Below, in pieces: positions 28,430 to 39,936 of a DNA stretch of 64,000 nt. Made by a program: the position numbers and the translations under genes. The stretch comes from Eledone cirrhosa (lineage: Eukaryota), in assembly GCA_964016885.1 (NCBI GenBank), contig OZ024757.1:9300001-9364000 (forward strand). The letters run 5' to 3'. The notes under the pieces are model-generated. The model worked only from the letters and a program-made list of their open reading frames with translations, searched no databases and was not told the origin of the DNA. How positions within the stretch are numbered: the stretch's first letter is position 1; every line of letters starts with the position of its first letter.

Positions 28430-30780
28430 GTGGGAGCAGAGGGTGGTGTTGGAAGGACGGGGGTGACGGGTATGAGGGGTATTGTGGGGGTGGGGGTGAC
28501 GCGTGTGGGGGTTAAGTGGGGGTGGAGCGTGGGGGTGACGAGTGTGGGGTTAAAGTGTGGGTTAAGTGGGGGTTAAGTGGGAGTAGATAGGGGGGTGCCG
28601 GGTGTGAGGTGTTAAGTGGGGGCTTAAGTGGGAGTGGAGGGGGGTACGGGGGAGAGGGGTTAAATGTGGGTGTAGGTGTGTGGTAGGTGGTGAGGGTGTA
28701 AGTGGGGGTGGATGGGTGGGGCTACTGGGTGTGAGGGGTTAAGTGTGGGTGGGGGTAGGGGCGACGGATGTGAGGGTTAAGTTGGGGTGGATGGTGGGGA
28801 GGAGGTGGGGGATTATGTGGGGGTGGGGTATGGGGGATTACGTGGGGTGTGGGTGGAGGGGTGGTGGTGCGGGGGGTTACGTGGGGGTGTAGGGGTGAGG
28901 TAGGTGGTAGGGGTTAGTTGGGTGGCGATGTGTGGGTGTGTGTGAGTAGAGGTTAGTATTAGTTTAGGGGAATGGGAAGGTATGGGTGGTAGGGTGGCGG
29001 TGGAGGGGTGGGGGTTAGATGTGTGAGGGGTTAAGTGGGGGTGTAGGGGTTTAATGGGGTTTGTTGGGTAGAGGCTAGTTGGGTGGCGATGTGTGGGTGT
29101 GTGTGAGTAGAGGTTAGTATTAGTTTAGGGGAAGGGGAAGGTATGGGTGTTGGGGCGGTGTGGAGGGGTAGGGGTGATGGGTGTGAGGGGCTAACTAGGG
29201 TGTAGGGGTGGGGTAGGTGGTAAGGGGGTTAGTTGGGTGGAGGTTAGTTGGGTGGCGAGGTGTAGGTGTGTGTGAGTAGAGGTTAGTATTAGTTTAGGGG
29301 AAGGGGAAGGTATGGGTGGTGGGAACGTGTTGGTAGGGTGGGGGCGAAGGTGGGGTGAAGTTGATGAGTGTGTGGAGTTGGGTGGGGTGGGGTAGGGCAG
29401 GTGGTAAGGGGGTTAGTTGGGTTGTGAGGTGTGGGTGTGTGTGAGTAGAGGTTAGTATTAGTTTAGGGGAAGGGGAAGGTATGGGTGGTGGGGCGGTGTT
29501 GGTTTAGTGTGGGGTGGTTAAGTGGGGGGGTGGAGTGGTAGGTGGTGGTGGAGGGGTTAGATGGCGGTGCAGGCGTTGGGTGAGGTGGAGGTGTTAGGTG
29601 GTGGTGGAAGGATTAGGTGGTGGTGGAAGGGTTTGGTGGGTGTGGAGGTGTTAGGTGGTGGTGGAAGGATTAGGTGGTGGTGGAGGGGTTTGGTGGGTGT
29701 GGAGGGGTTATATGTGGGTGGAGGTGTTAGGTGGTGGTGGAAGGATTAGGTGGTGGTGGAGGGGTTTGGTGGGTGTGGAGGTGTTATATGTGGGTGGAGG
29801 TGTTAGGTGGTGGTGGAAGAATTAGGTGGTGGTGGAGGGGTTTGGTGGGTGTGGATGGGTTAGGTGGGGCTGGAGGGGTTTGGTGGGTGTGGAGGGGTTA
29901 GATGTGGGTGGTGGTGGAGGGATTAGGTGGGGCTGGAGGGGTTTGGTGGGTGTGGAGGGGTTAGATGTGAGTGGAGGTGTTAGGTGGTGGTGGAGGGATT
30001 AGGTGGGGCTGGAGGGGTTTGTTGGGTGTGGAGGGGTTAGATGTAGGTGGAGGTGTTAGGTGGTGGTGGAAGGATTAGGTGGTGGTGGAGGGGTTTGGTG
30101 GGTGTGGAGGGGTTAGATATGGGTGGAGGGGTTTGGTGGGGGTGGAGGGATTAGGTGGGGCTGGAGGGGTTTGGTGGGTGTGGAGGGGTTAGATGTGGTT
30201 GGAAGTGTTAGGTGGTGGTGGGGGGGGGGATTAGGTGGTGGTGGAGAGGTTTGGTGGGTGTGGAGGGGTTAGATATGGGTGGAGGTGTTAGGTGGTGGTG
30301 GAAGGATTAGGTGGTGGTGGAGGGGTTTGGTGGGTGTGGAGGGGTTAGATATGGGTGGAGGTGTTAGGTGGTGGTGGAAGGATTAGGTGGTGGTGGAGGG
30401 GTTTGGTGGGTGTGGAGGGGTTAGATATGGGTGGAGGGGTTTGGTGGCGGTGGAGGGATTAGGTGGGGCTGGAGGGGTTTGGTGGGTGTGTAGGGGTTAG
30501 ATGTGGTTAGAGGTGTTAGGTGGTGGTGGTGGGGGGGGGATTAGGTGGTGGTGGAGAGGTTTGGTGGGTGTGGAGGGGTTAGATATGGGTGGAGGTGTTA
30601 GGTGGTGGTGGAAGGATTAGGTGGTGGTGGAGGGGTTTGGTGGGTGTGGAGGGGTTAGATATGGGTGGAGGGGTTTGGTGGCGGTGGAGGGATTAGGAGG
30701 GGCTGGAGGGGTTTGGTGGGTGTGGAGGGGTTAGATGTGGGGGTGGAGGGATTATGTGGGGCTGGAGGGGTCTCAGAGGT
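28430..30780. repeat. G/T-rich compound minisatellite: four ~165-bp units at 28.9-29.5 kb and a ~75-bp unit at 29.56-30.77 kb
   Basis: Repeated GGTTTGGTGGGTGTGGAGGGGTTAGATATGGGTGGAGGTGTTAGGTGGTGGTGGAAGGATTAGGTGGTGGTGGAGG, and GTGTGAGTAGAGGTTAGTATTAGTTTAGGGGAA four times. Confidence 0.9.
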
Positions 30781-30789
30781 GGGTGGTGG

Positions 30790-31260
30790 TGGTTGGGAGG
30801 AAGAGTGAGTTGAATTTGTGGAGCTTGGTGGAGGTGAGGAAGGAGAAGAGATCATGGTTGAGGTTATGGATGAAAAGAAGGTTGGAGCTGGTGAGGGGGG
30901 GGGGGGGGAAGTGGAGTTGAGGTGAAGAAGGGTTTGGGGTAGGTTGTGGTCGAGGTTGCGGGTGTAGAGAGGGAGAAGCGGATTGAGACGTGCACGAGGA
31001 GATGGGAGGAGCGGAGTGAGACACGTATGAGGAGACGGGTGGGTCGGGTAAGGATCTGTTGGGTTGGGAGTAATGAGAGGGGGGAGGCGTGGAAATGGAG
31101 CCGAAATCCGGGGGGATGAGGAGTAGATGGAGGCAGCGGATGTGGCTGGAATGCTGGGTCTTAGCAAAGAAGAGGTAGGAGAGTTAGAGGGAGGGTTGGA
31201 GGTAGCAGGGAGGGAGGAGAAGTGTGAGGTGGTGTTTGAAGTGGGTGTGGAGTTGGTGGA
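30790..31260 (-). mobile_element. Possible decayed N-terminal region of a Neptune-like Penelope ORF
   Basis: Minus-strand frame reads LFFAKTQHSSHIRCLHLLLIPPDF, reminiscent of the SHIxFLxxCxxxxLIPxGF N-terminal PLE motif. C-rich like the 24.5-kb fragment. Confidence 0.3.
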
Positions 31261-31862
31261 GGAAGGATTACAGGTTAGGCATTGTAGGGACGGGGAGTGG
31301 AAAAGGGGTGTCCAAAGGGGAGACGGTAGTTAAAAAAACAAAACGAAAAACAAATAAAAAAAACAGATGGAAAGCAATGAGGGGAGGGGTCGTGAAGGGT
31401 GGAGAGAAATGGAGAGCGAGAGTGAGAGAGAGAGTGAGAGGGAGATAGATAGAAAGAGAGAGTGAGAGGGAGAGAGATTGAAAGAGAGAGGACCGAAATA
31501 TCGAAAAATGGTGGATAAAATTCATTCGTACTTCCTCAGATTTTCCCTATATTTCTACATTTATCCATTTATTTTAAAATTAACTGTGTTAGATATCAAA
31601 TCAGTTAATATTTGAAATAATTTACAGTGGTAGATTCTCTGTACGTTTGAAATGTTTTTTTCTCCTAAAATATCCCATATTTACTCTATGTTCACTAATA
31701 GTAGACAGAGGTTTTTATACAATTTTTATACAATTTCTTATCGTATTCATTTTGTTCAATCTCTTATCGTTGTACATATCTGAAAACAAACATAAAAATC
31801 ACAGTAAACTTACATAATGTGATAAGTGGACAACTATAATTGTATAGTATGCTATTTAACAA

Positions 31863-32126
31863 CTAGCCCCGTGCCGTCAAAAATGACGGCTAATTGTAAT
31901 ATCTATATATAATATAAAAAAGAGTCGTTTGTTGGTTGGTTGCTTCCTTCGAGCCCACTCACACAAGTGATACGAACATGGAAACACACAGCTGTGACGA
32001 ATCTTAGAATGCTTGACTTCTATAGTTTCTCATACCCTCCTTCCTCAGTCAACGTAATCACCCCTTCCTTTTTCAGTCATCTCTAGTGCGATCCGGACAA
32101 ATACACTCGGCTTTTATATTAGTAGA
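31863..32126 (-). mobile_element. Short non-autonomous Helitron (~264 bp)
   Basis: Minus strand starts TCTACTAATATAAAAGCC and ends with the hairpin GCCGTCA-TTTT-TGACGGC followed by ACGGGG-CTAG|T. Confidence 0.7.
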
Positions 32127-32160
32127 CTAGCTGGCCCCCTGCCGTAGAAAATGACGGCTA
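32127..32160 (-). mobile_element. 3' terminus of a second related Helitron, joined head-to-tail to the first; 5' extent undetermined
   Basis: GCCGTCATTTTCTACGGC hairpin + AGGGGGCCAG + CTAG, directly followed by the TC start of the 32126 element. Confidence 0.6.
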
Positions 32161-32890
32161 AAGGGTAGATGTGTATTTTTATATACCTTTCAACTGCGGT
32201 CGTTTTATATTCTTGATAATTCTAATTTATTTCAATATTGCTAAGCTCGCGGGATTTGAAATTATGAATTTAGTGGTCTGTGAGGTCCGATAGGTTGGCG
32301 AAAAAAAAAACTGATTAACAATTTAGGACTAATGTTATCGTAGAACATCTTGCAGGAAAATGCAGCTGTGGACCTTCCTCAGTTGCCGTAGTTGGGTCAA
32401 TAAGTCAATGAATGGTCTTTTAATGTCTTTAGATTATTTTGATAAGGATGTCAATATCAGAAACTTTAAATTTAACAAGACGTTGAGAGTTTGTTACAAT
32501 TAAAATGGTGGACATATTTATTATTTAAATGCTTTTTGACCTATCTCAACATAAAAAAAACACAGGTATATATAACATATAAATGAATATGAAAGAATGA
32601 CATAATACATTAAAATATACAATATATTTTATAAAAGTGAGTTTAAATTACAACTTACCTTCCATAGTTGTAAGCGCAAATATGGGAGAATCATAGACAA
32701 AGGAATCTGCGGAAGAATTGGCTAAAATAAGAAAAAAATAAAAATTAAATGAAGATATACGATTGAACAATAGGCACATAAGTATACATTCAAAACCCCA
32801 CACAAATATAAATACATATATTTATATGTAGAAACACAGGGAGGTTATAGACGCAGTAGTAGAGCACTCAGTCCATGGACGAGTTCCTTT

Positions 32891-33071
32891 GAAGTTAGTT
32901 CCACAACAGTTAATAAACCATTTTCAAGGACAAGGATTTCACCTTGCAGATTTCAACTCGAGTGTATGGGCTATAGCCGAAGAACGGAAGCCTTCCGTTC
33001 TACGGCTATAACCCAGTTACTCGAGTTGAAAATCCGCAAGGTAAAACCCGTGGCCTCTTAGAACTAACTTC
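32891..33071. repeat. Imperfect foldback palindrome: core 32941-33042, outer arms GAAGTTAGTTC/GAACTAACTTC
   Basis: ACCTTGCAGATTTCAACTCGAG...TATAGCCGAAGAACGGAAG-C-CTTCCGTTCTACGGCTATA...CTCGAGTTGAAAATCCGCAAGGT. Confidence 0.85.
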
Positions 33072-33424
33072 TATATATATACATATATATGGTTTCCAAA
33101 AGTCCCATTGTGGTGAATTAATTCTTGAGGACAAGGAAATAAGGAAGGTGGATAACGAAGACTTTGGTGAAAGCAAATCCCCGCACAGCTGTTTGAGAGC
33201 TTAAAGGAGATCTAGGAGTAAGCACTAGAAGAGTTTTTGAAAATGTGAATGTTTAAATTATAACTTGCACTGTGTATATGTACAGTCATTCACGAATGTA
33301 TCATTGACCGGAGTCTCTACGTGAGGCTCGTCTGGAAAAAATAACGAAGAATATAATAGCAAACCCCTCTCTCTCACTTTTTCATCTTTCCCTCTCTCTC
33401 TCATTTTCTCTCTCACTCTTTCTC

Positions 33425-33490
<66 letters not shown>

Positions 33491-33524
33491 CATACATACA
33501 TACATACATACATACATACATACA

Positions 33525-33560
<36 letters not shown>

Positions 33561-33565
33561 TATAG

Positions 33566-33955
33566 AATTAGAATTGGTGCTCTGAAATAGCGATATATAT
33601 ATAAATGTATATATATAGTGTATTTTGCAATACACTGTATGTTTAATTAAAAGTATTTCGAAGACCTGACGCTATTGTTTTAGGGTTGTGACAGTCTCAC
33701 TCACTTTAATTTTCAGCAAGCAGGGGAGATAAAGCTAACAGAGTCCTGTTTCGCACTTTTTGGTGCTTATCAAAGCTAACTACTCCGCCTGTTTGCAGAA
33801 AATCATGGATGTTTGATTCTTATAGAATTCTAGTAATAATCAGGAACTGATTATACAGAGCGGTTGCCGGTCAAGCAGAAATTGAAAATTAGAATTGGTG
33901 CTCTGAAATAGCGATATATATATGAATGTATATATATATATAGTGTATTTTACAT
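33566..33955 (-). mobile_element. ~321-bp unit bounded by ~65-bp direct repeats, in (TA)n, containing a hammerhead (pLTR/retrozyme-like)
   Basis: AATTAGAATTGGTGCTCTGAAATAGCGATATATAT occurs at 33566 and 33887; hammerhead at 33733-33777. Confidence 0.55.
33733..33777 (-). ncRNA. Type I hammerhead ribozyme, U3-A8 core variant
   Basis: AGCT-TTGATAA-GCAC CAAAAA GTGC-GAAA-CAG GACT CTG-TT-AGCT: all three stems pair and the site is GUU. Confidence 0.65.
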
Positions 33956-33964
33956 ATATATATA

Positions 33965-34177
33965 TCGTTCCAACGGCTCTAAAGCAACTCCGAGAGCTGC
34001 TTGCGAGTGATCAGGAAGGAGACCGACTGGTTCCCATCAACAGCAGGATGTAGAGGAGCTGACACAGGCGATGAAGGGCGTTGGTGGACCTGGTTGGCTC
34101 TACGCACGTCAAGGCTTTGGGATCACTAGCTTAGAATGTTCCCGGCCCCATAAAGCAAAAGTAAGAAGAAGAAGAAT
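33965..34177 (+). mobile_element. Probable 3' end of an RTE-like LINE with (AAG)n tail
   Basis: Degenerate 'R*RALVDLVGST' resembles the RTE terminal WRxLV motif, followed by a short UTR and AAGAAGAAGAAG. Confidence 0.4.
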
Positions 34178-34293
34178 TTATGCTTGCTCACACACACACA
34201 CACACACACATCCTATTCCACTAAAAAAACAGGTCGAAGGAAATGGTCTCTCTTGGAGTCTTGTCTGCAAAAAAATACGAAAGAAAATAATTG

Positions 34294-34404
34294 TTTCTAC
34301 TTTAGGCACAAGACCAGCAATTACCCAGTTCATTACTGGTACTTTATTTTATCGACCCCGTAAGGATGAAAGGCAAAGTCAACCTCGGCGGGATTTGAAC
34401 TCAG
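34294..34404 (-). mobile_element. 5'-truncated copy of the tRNA-derived SINE
   Basis: Near-identical to 25364-25477 (TTATCGACCCCGTAAGGATGAAAGGCAAAGTCAACCTCGGCGGGATTTGAACTCAG). Confidence 0.8.
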
Positions 34405-34479
34405 ATCGTAATAATAACAATCCTATATGTGTGCCATGGGAGGTGATTTTGGTTGAGTTGAAGATCGGGCAGAAGGTGT

Positions 34480-35140
34480 TGTGGTTGTTTGAACCAACTA
34501 GAACCTTTTCTCTGGTTCGCGCTTTCTATGCTATGCTTCTCTGTCACACAAATCTAAAACTTTTGAAATTAGAAGACAGTGGCCTGTGTAAATGTGGGAA
34601 GATTTGAACCATGAAACACTGGTCCTGATGAACAGAAATATATGGCTTAGAGTACTGGCTGATACAGTGGGTGTTAGGTTGAAGGGGTTGAACAACGGCA
34701 AGTTTTATAATGGAGAACATTGCAAGTTTGATATAAGAAATACGACTAACACAAAATTGAAGGGCATCTGGGTGATCTCATTTAACATGGATCGCAAATC
34801 CCACTGCCCCCTTTTTTCCATCTTGTCTTGTGGTGAATGGAATAAATCTTGGTGAACACTGTGAAGTTAACTGTCCCTTGAGAGGGGAACAGCCATGAGG
34901 CATTCAACAGAAATTCCAGGAAGTACTGTGATTTGTTTGAACTCTGTAGAACCTGCGAATGGGAGGCATCCTGTTTCTATGTAAAGAGAGGTGTCAGAGG
35001 ATTTGTTGAAACCAGGGCTCTCTCGCTCCTCAGGGTACTTGGACTGGTGGCAAAGGAAAGGGAACACTCTGAGAAACACGAGGAAGCGAGTCATTACATC
35101 TGATTGAAATAAATGGTGCTCTTGATGCATTGAGGTGGAA
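34480..35140. mobile_element. Highly decayed I/Nimb-like LINE remnants
   Basis: Plus strand NLKLLKLEDSGLCKCG..EDLNH resembles the C-terminal Zn-knuckle. Minus strand KSSDTSLYIETGCLP resembles the post-RT SSPxxSLYxExGxxP motif. Many stops. Confidence 0.3.
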
Positions 35141-35561
35141 CATCAGACTCAATTAAGATTGTGTTGTGCAGCAGGAGTTTCCTTGCCAACATCGGAGGGT
35201 GGACCTGAGTAACTCTCGTGTCGCAGTAGAAGGGGTTGAAACACGTACAGAGTTACCTCACCACCTGATGAGACATCGACTCCTGTATTTGGTGACGGGG
35301 TACAGCAACAAATTCAGCTCAGAACTGAGTATATATATATTTGTACACACGCACATATATATATATATATATGTGTGTGTGTTGTACACTTTACAAGGTG
35401 TTTTGAGTAAATTCAGTCCCATGTCTACCGTATATGTATTTCTATTAATATTTTGCCCATCTCTCTTTGCTATTTGCTTTTGTTGAAAGACAGCCTTAAT
35501 ATTTCGTCCATTCTTCAATGTATCTTGTGGGAAAGATGGTGGGATTCAACTGGATTTTATT

Positions 35562-35626
35562 TTAAACAATAAAGTTTATTCTGGTTTCTGTTAAGTCGTA
35601 TTTCATATAATGTTTAATATTCTGGA
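35562..35626 (-). CDS. Predicted terminal coding exon of the minus-strand gene: (L)QNIKHYMKYDLTETRINFIV*
   Basis: Acceptor ACGACTTACTTCAG after an 82-nt GT-AG intron (35627-35708) homologous to the 85-nt intron in each 1.45-kb unit. Phase-1 frame is open to TAA, with AATAAA nearby. Confidence 0.45.
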
Positions 35627-35708
35627 CTGAAGTAAGTCGTTATAAATTTAATGTTCAAAACCTATATTTATTTCTGAACAATTTAATAGTGTTTAAATTA
35701 TAACTTAC

Positions 35709-35771
35709 GATTAGTAAAAATATCTTTATACTTGAGTGACTCATAAGTAGCAGACTCTCTGTAAAGCTTGT
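35709..35771 (-). CDS. 63-nt phase-1 exon KLYRESATYESLKYKDIFTN; single diverged paralog of the 60-nt exon
   Basis: Acceptor ATTGTTTATTTCTTCCAG, donor GTAAGTT, length divisible by 3, open frame. Shares CACTCAAG and the downstream intron with the 60-nt exon. Confidence 0.65.
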
Positions 35772-35825
35772 CTGGAAGAAATAAACAATATAATATCAAC
35801 CGTACACACATATACATATGTATAT

Positions 35826-36195
35826 AGTCCTTACCAACCCAGAGGTCCGACGATCTTTTGATTCCAGAGTCTGGCTAGATCGATATAGATCGAACCTTGA
35901 GCTAACCAATAACGAACCACGCACAGCTGTCGCTTATTTAATGGGCTTTCTCCTCGAGTGTCCCTCTGTCGCTTTTTTAATGGGCTTTCTCCGCGAGTGT
36001 CCCTCGGAAATCTCCCCCCTATTGGGAAATTTTCTTTTGTTTCCTTTTTTAGTCAGTTCCTTTGTTTTATTTTCTTTACACGCGGAAATGCCCATTTGCA
36101 CCGTCCTGTGCTGTCCTTAATGTTATACTTTGTGTCAACCCTTGTGGTTAATAAAGAAAACATTATTATTATTACAATTATCATTATTATTATTC
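35826..36195 (+). mobile_element. Unclassified retroposon 3' end with AATAAA and (ATT)n tail; internal ~40-bp duplication
   Basis: Ends GTTAATAAAGAAAACATTATTATTATT...; CTGTCGCTT-TTTAATGGGCTTTCTCC-CGAGTGTCCCTC occurs twice. Confidence 0.4.
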
Positions 36196-36334
36196 TTTGA
36201 GTCTCAGTCATTAATGTTATTTAACTGGAAAGTTTGTTCAAATGAATATCAAGCCGCTACCTGCATCCTCAGACATTCAGGACGTATCAGAGGGTTCTTG
36301 CTGGTCCCAGCAAGCATGCTTTTTGAAGTTATTA

Positions 36335-36429
<95 letters not shown>

Positions 36430-36432
<3 letters not shown>

Positions 36433-39400
36433 CCTTCCTCTACAGGTTCTTCCTTCAGTATATTACCAGAGTACTGAATTTTGTACCACCCCATCACTGT
36501 GTCTGATACAGTGGCCTGTGAGTAACATCCTTCATCTACATGTTCTTCCTTCAGTATATTACCAGAGTACTGAGTTGTGTACCACCCCATCACTGTGTCT
36601 GATACAGTGGCCTGTGAGTGACATCCTTCCTCTGCAGATTTTTCCCTCAGTATATTATCAGAGTAATGAGTTGTGTACCACCCCATCACTGTGTCTTTAA
36701 ACAGTGGCCTGTGAGTGACATCCTTCCTCTACAGGTTCTTCCTTCAGTATATTACAAGAGTACTGAGTTGTGTACCACCCCATCACTGTGTCTGATACAG
36801 TGGCCTATGAGTAACATCCTTCATCTACAAGTTATTCCTTAAGTATATTACCCGAGTACTGAGTTGTGTACCACCACATCACTGTGTCTGATACAGTGGC
36901 CTCTGAGTGACATCGTTCCTCTACATGTTCTTCTTTCAGTATATTACCAGAGTACTGAGTTGTGTACCACCCCATCACTGTGTCTGATACAGTGGCCTGT
37001 GAGTGACAACCTTCATCTACAGGTTATTCCTTGAGTATATTACCAGAGTTACTGAGTTGTGTACCACCCCATCACTGTGTCTGATACAGTGGCCTGTGAG
37101 TGACATCCTTCCTCTACAGGTTTTTCCTTCAGTATATTACAAGAGTACTGAGTTGTGTACCACCCCATCACTGTGTCTGATACAGTGGCCTGTGAGTGAC
37201 ATACTTCCTCTACAGATTCTTCCTTCAGTATATTACCAGAGTACTGAGTTGTGTACCACCACATCACTGTGTTTGATACAGTAGCCTGTGTGTGACATCC
37301 TTCCTCTCCAGGTTCTTCCCTCAGTATATTACCAGATTACTGAGTTGTTTACCACCCCACCACCGTGTCTCATACAGTGGCCTGTGAGTGACATCCTTCC
37401 TCTAATAGTTCTTCCTTCAGTATATTACCAGAGTACTGAATTGTGTACCACCCCATCAGGGTATCTGATGCAGTGGCTTGTGAGTGACATACTTCCTCTA
37501 CATGTTCTTCCCTTAGTATATTACCAGAGTACTGAGTTGTGTACCACCCCACCACTGTGTCTGATACAGTGGCCTGTGAGTGACATCCTTCTTCTACAGG
37601 TTCTTCCTTCAGTATATTACCAGAGTACTGAGGTGTGAACCACCACATCACTGTATTTGATACAGTGGCCTGTGAGTGACATCCTTCCTCTACAGGTTCT
37701 TCCTTCAGTATATTACCAGAGTACTGTGTTGTGTACCAACACATCACTGTGTCTGATACAGTGGCCTGTGAGTGACATCCTTCCTCTCCAGGTTCATCCC
37801 TCAGTATATTACCAGAGTTCTGAGTTGTGAACCACCCCATCACTGTATCTGATACAGTGGACTGTGAGTAACATCCTTCCTCTACAAGTTCTTTCCTCAG
37901 TATATTACCAGAGTAGTGTGTTGTGTACCACCCCATCACTGTGTCTGATACAGTGTCTTGCGAGTGACAACCTTTCTCTACAGGTTCTTCCTTCAGTATA
38001 GTACCAGAGTACTGAGTTGCGTACCACCCCACCACTGTGTCTGATACAGTGTCTTGCGAGTGACAACCTTTCTCTACAGGTTCTTCCTTCAGTATATTAC
38101 CAGAGTACTGATTTGTGTACCACCCCATCACTGTGTCTGATACAGTGGAATGTGAGTGACATCTTCATCTACTAGTTCTTCCTTCAGTATATTACCAGAG
38201 TACTGAGTTGTGTACCACCGATCACTGTGTCTGATGCAGTAGCCTGTGAGTGACATCCTTCCACTACAGGCTCTTCCCTCAGTATATTACCAGAGTAGTG
38301 AGTTGTGTACCACCCCATCACTGTGTCTGATGCAGTGGCTTGCGAGTAACATCCTTCATCTACATGTTCTTCCTTCAGTATATTACCAGAGTACTGAGTT
38401 GTGTACCGCTCCATCACTGTGTCTGATACAGTGGCCTGTGAGTAACAACCTTACTCTACAGGTTCTTCCTTCAGTATACTACCAGAGTACTGATTTGTGT
38501 ACCACGCCATCATTGTATCTGATACAGTGGCCTGTGACTGACAACCTTCCACTACAGGTCCTTCGCTCAGTATATTACCAGAGTACTGAGTTGTGTACCA
38601 CCCCATCACTGTGTCTGATACAGTAGCCTGTGCGTGACATCTTCGTCTAATAGTTCTTCCTTCAGTATATTACCAGAGTACTGAGTTGCGTACCACCCCA
38701 TCACCGTGTGTGATACAGTGGCCTGTGAGTGACATACTTACTCTACAGGTTCTTCCCTCAGTATATTACCAGAGAACTGAGTTGTGTACCACCCCATCAG
38801 TATCTGATACATTGGTCTGTGAGTAACATCCTTTCCTCTACAGGTTCTTCCCTCAGAATATTACGAGAGTACTGAGTTGTGTACCACCCCATCAGTGTGT
38901 CTTTTAACAGTGGCCTGTGAGTAACATCCTTCCTCTACAGGTTCTTCCTTCAGTATATTACCAGAGTACTGAGTTGTGTACCACCCCATCACTGTGTCTG
39001 ATACAGTGGCCTGTGAGTAACATCCTTCATCTACAAGTTCTTCCTTAAGTATATTACCCGAGTACTGAGTTGTGTACCACCACATCACTGTGTTTGATAC
39101 AGTGGCCTGTGAGTGATATCCTTTATCTACAGGTTCTTCCTTCAGTATATTACCAGAGTACTGAATTGTGTACCCCAACATCATTCTGTCTGATAGTGGC
39201 CTGTGAGTAACCTCCTTCCACTACAGGTTCTTCCCTCAGTATACTACCAGAATACTGAGTTGTGTACCACCCCATCACTGTGTCTGATACAGTGGCCTGT
39301 GAGTAACATCTTCCTCTACAGGTTCTTCCTTCAGTATATTCCCATAGTACTGAGTTGTGTACCAACCGATCAGTGTATCTGATACAGTGGCCTGTGAGTG

Positions 39401-39800
39401 ACATCCTTCCTCTACAGGTGCATCCTTCAGTATATTACCAGAGTACTGAGTTGTGTACCAGCCCATCACTGTGTGTGATACAGTGGCCTATGAGTGACAT
39501 ACTTCCTCTACAGATTCTTCCTTCAGTATATTACCAGAGTACTGAGTTGTGTACCACCCCATCAGTGTACCTGATGCAGTGGCTTGTGAGTGACATACTT
39601 CCTCTACATGTTCTTCCCTTAGTATATTACCAGAGTACTGATTTGTGTACCACCCTACCACTGTGCCTGATACAGTGGCCTGTGAGTGACATCCTCCTCT
39701 ACAGGTTCTTCCTTCAGTATATTACCAAAGTACTGAGTTGTGTACCACTCCATCACTATGTCTGATACAGTGGCCTCTGAGTGACATCCTTCCTCTACAT
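36430..39800. repeat. 96-bp minisatellite, about 35 units
   Basis: Consensus GAGTGACATCCTTCCTCTACAGGTTCTTCCTTCAGTATATTACCAGAGTACTGAGTTGTGTACCACCCCATCACTGTGTCTGATACAGTGGCCTGT. The minus frame repeats GWYTTQYSGNILKEEPVEEGCHSQATVSDTVM, interrupted by indels. Confidence 0.97.
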
Positions 39801-39936
39801 TAGTTCCAGCATACACAATATGTAGACTTTCATGTTTACAAATATATAATGTAATCTCGATTTGACATTAATGTTGAAACACGTGTCATAGTTTTCTGTA
39901 CAGACTAATAGAAAGTGTGTTTGAAATACAACTTAC

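Noticed and set aside
32160-32640. Helitron helicase remnant
   Set aside because: Only a vague resemblance across frameshifts; cannot be supported by eye.
33295-33345. Hammerhead-like CAGACGA-GCCTC ACGTA GAGAC-CCGG on the minus strand
   Set aside because: Core mutated and GAAA absent.
36430-39800. CRISPR-like reading of the 96-bp array
   Set aside because: No unique spacers, the whole unit repeats, there are no cas genes and the context is eukaryotic.
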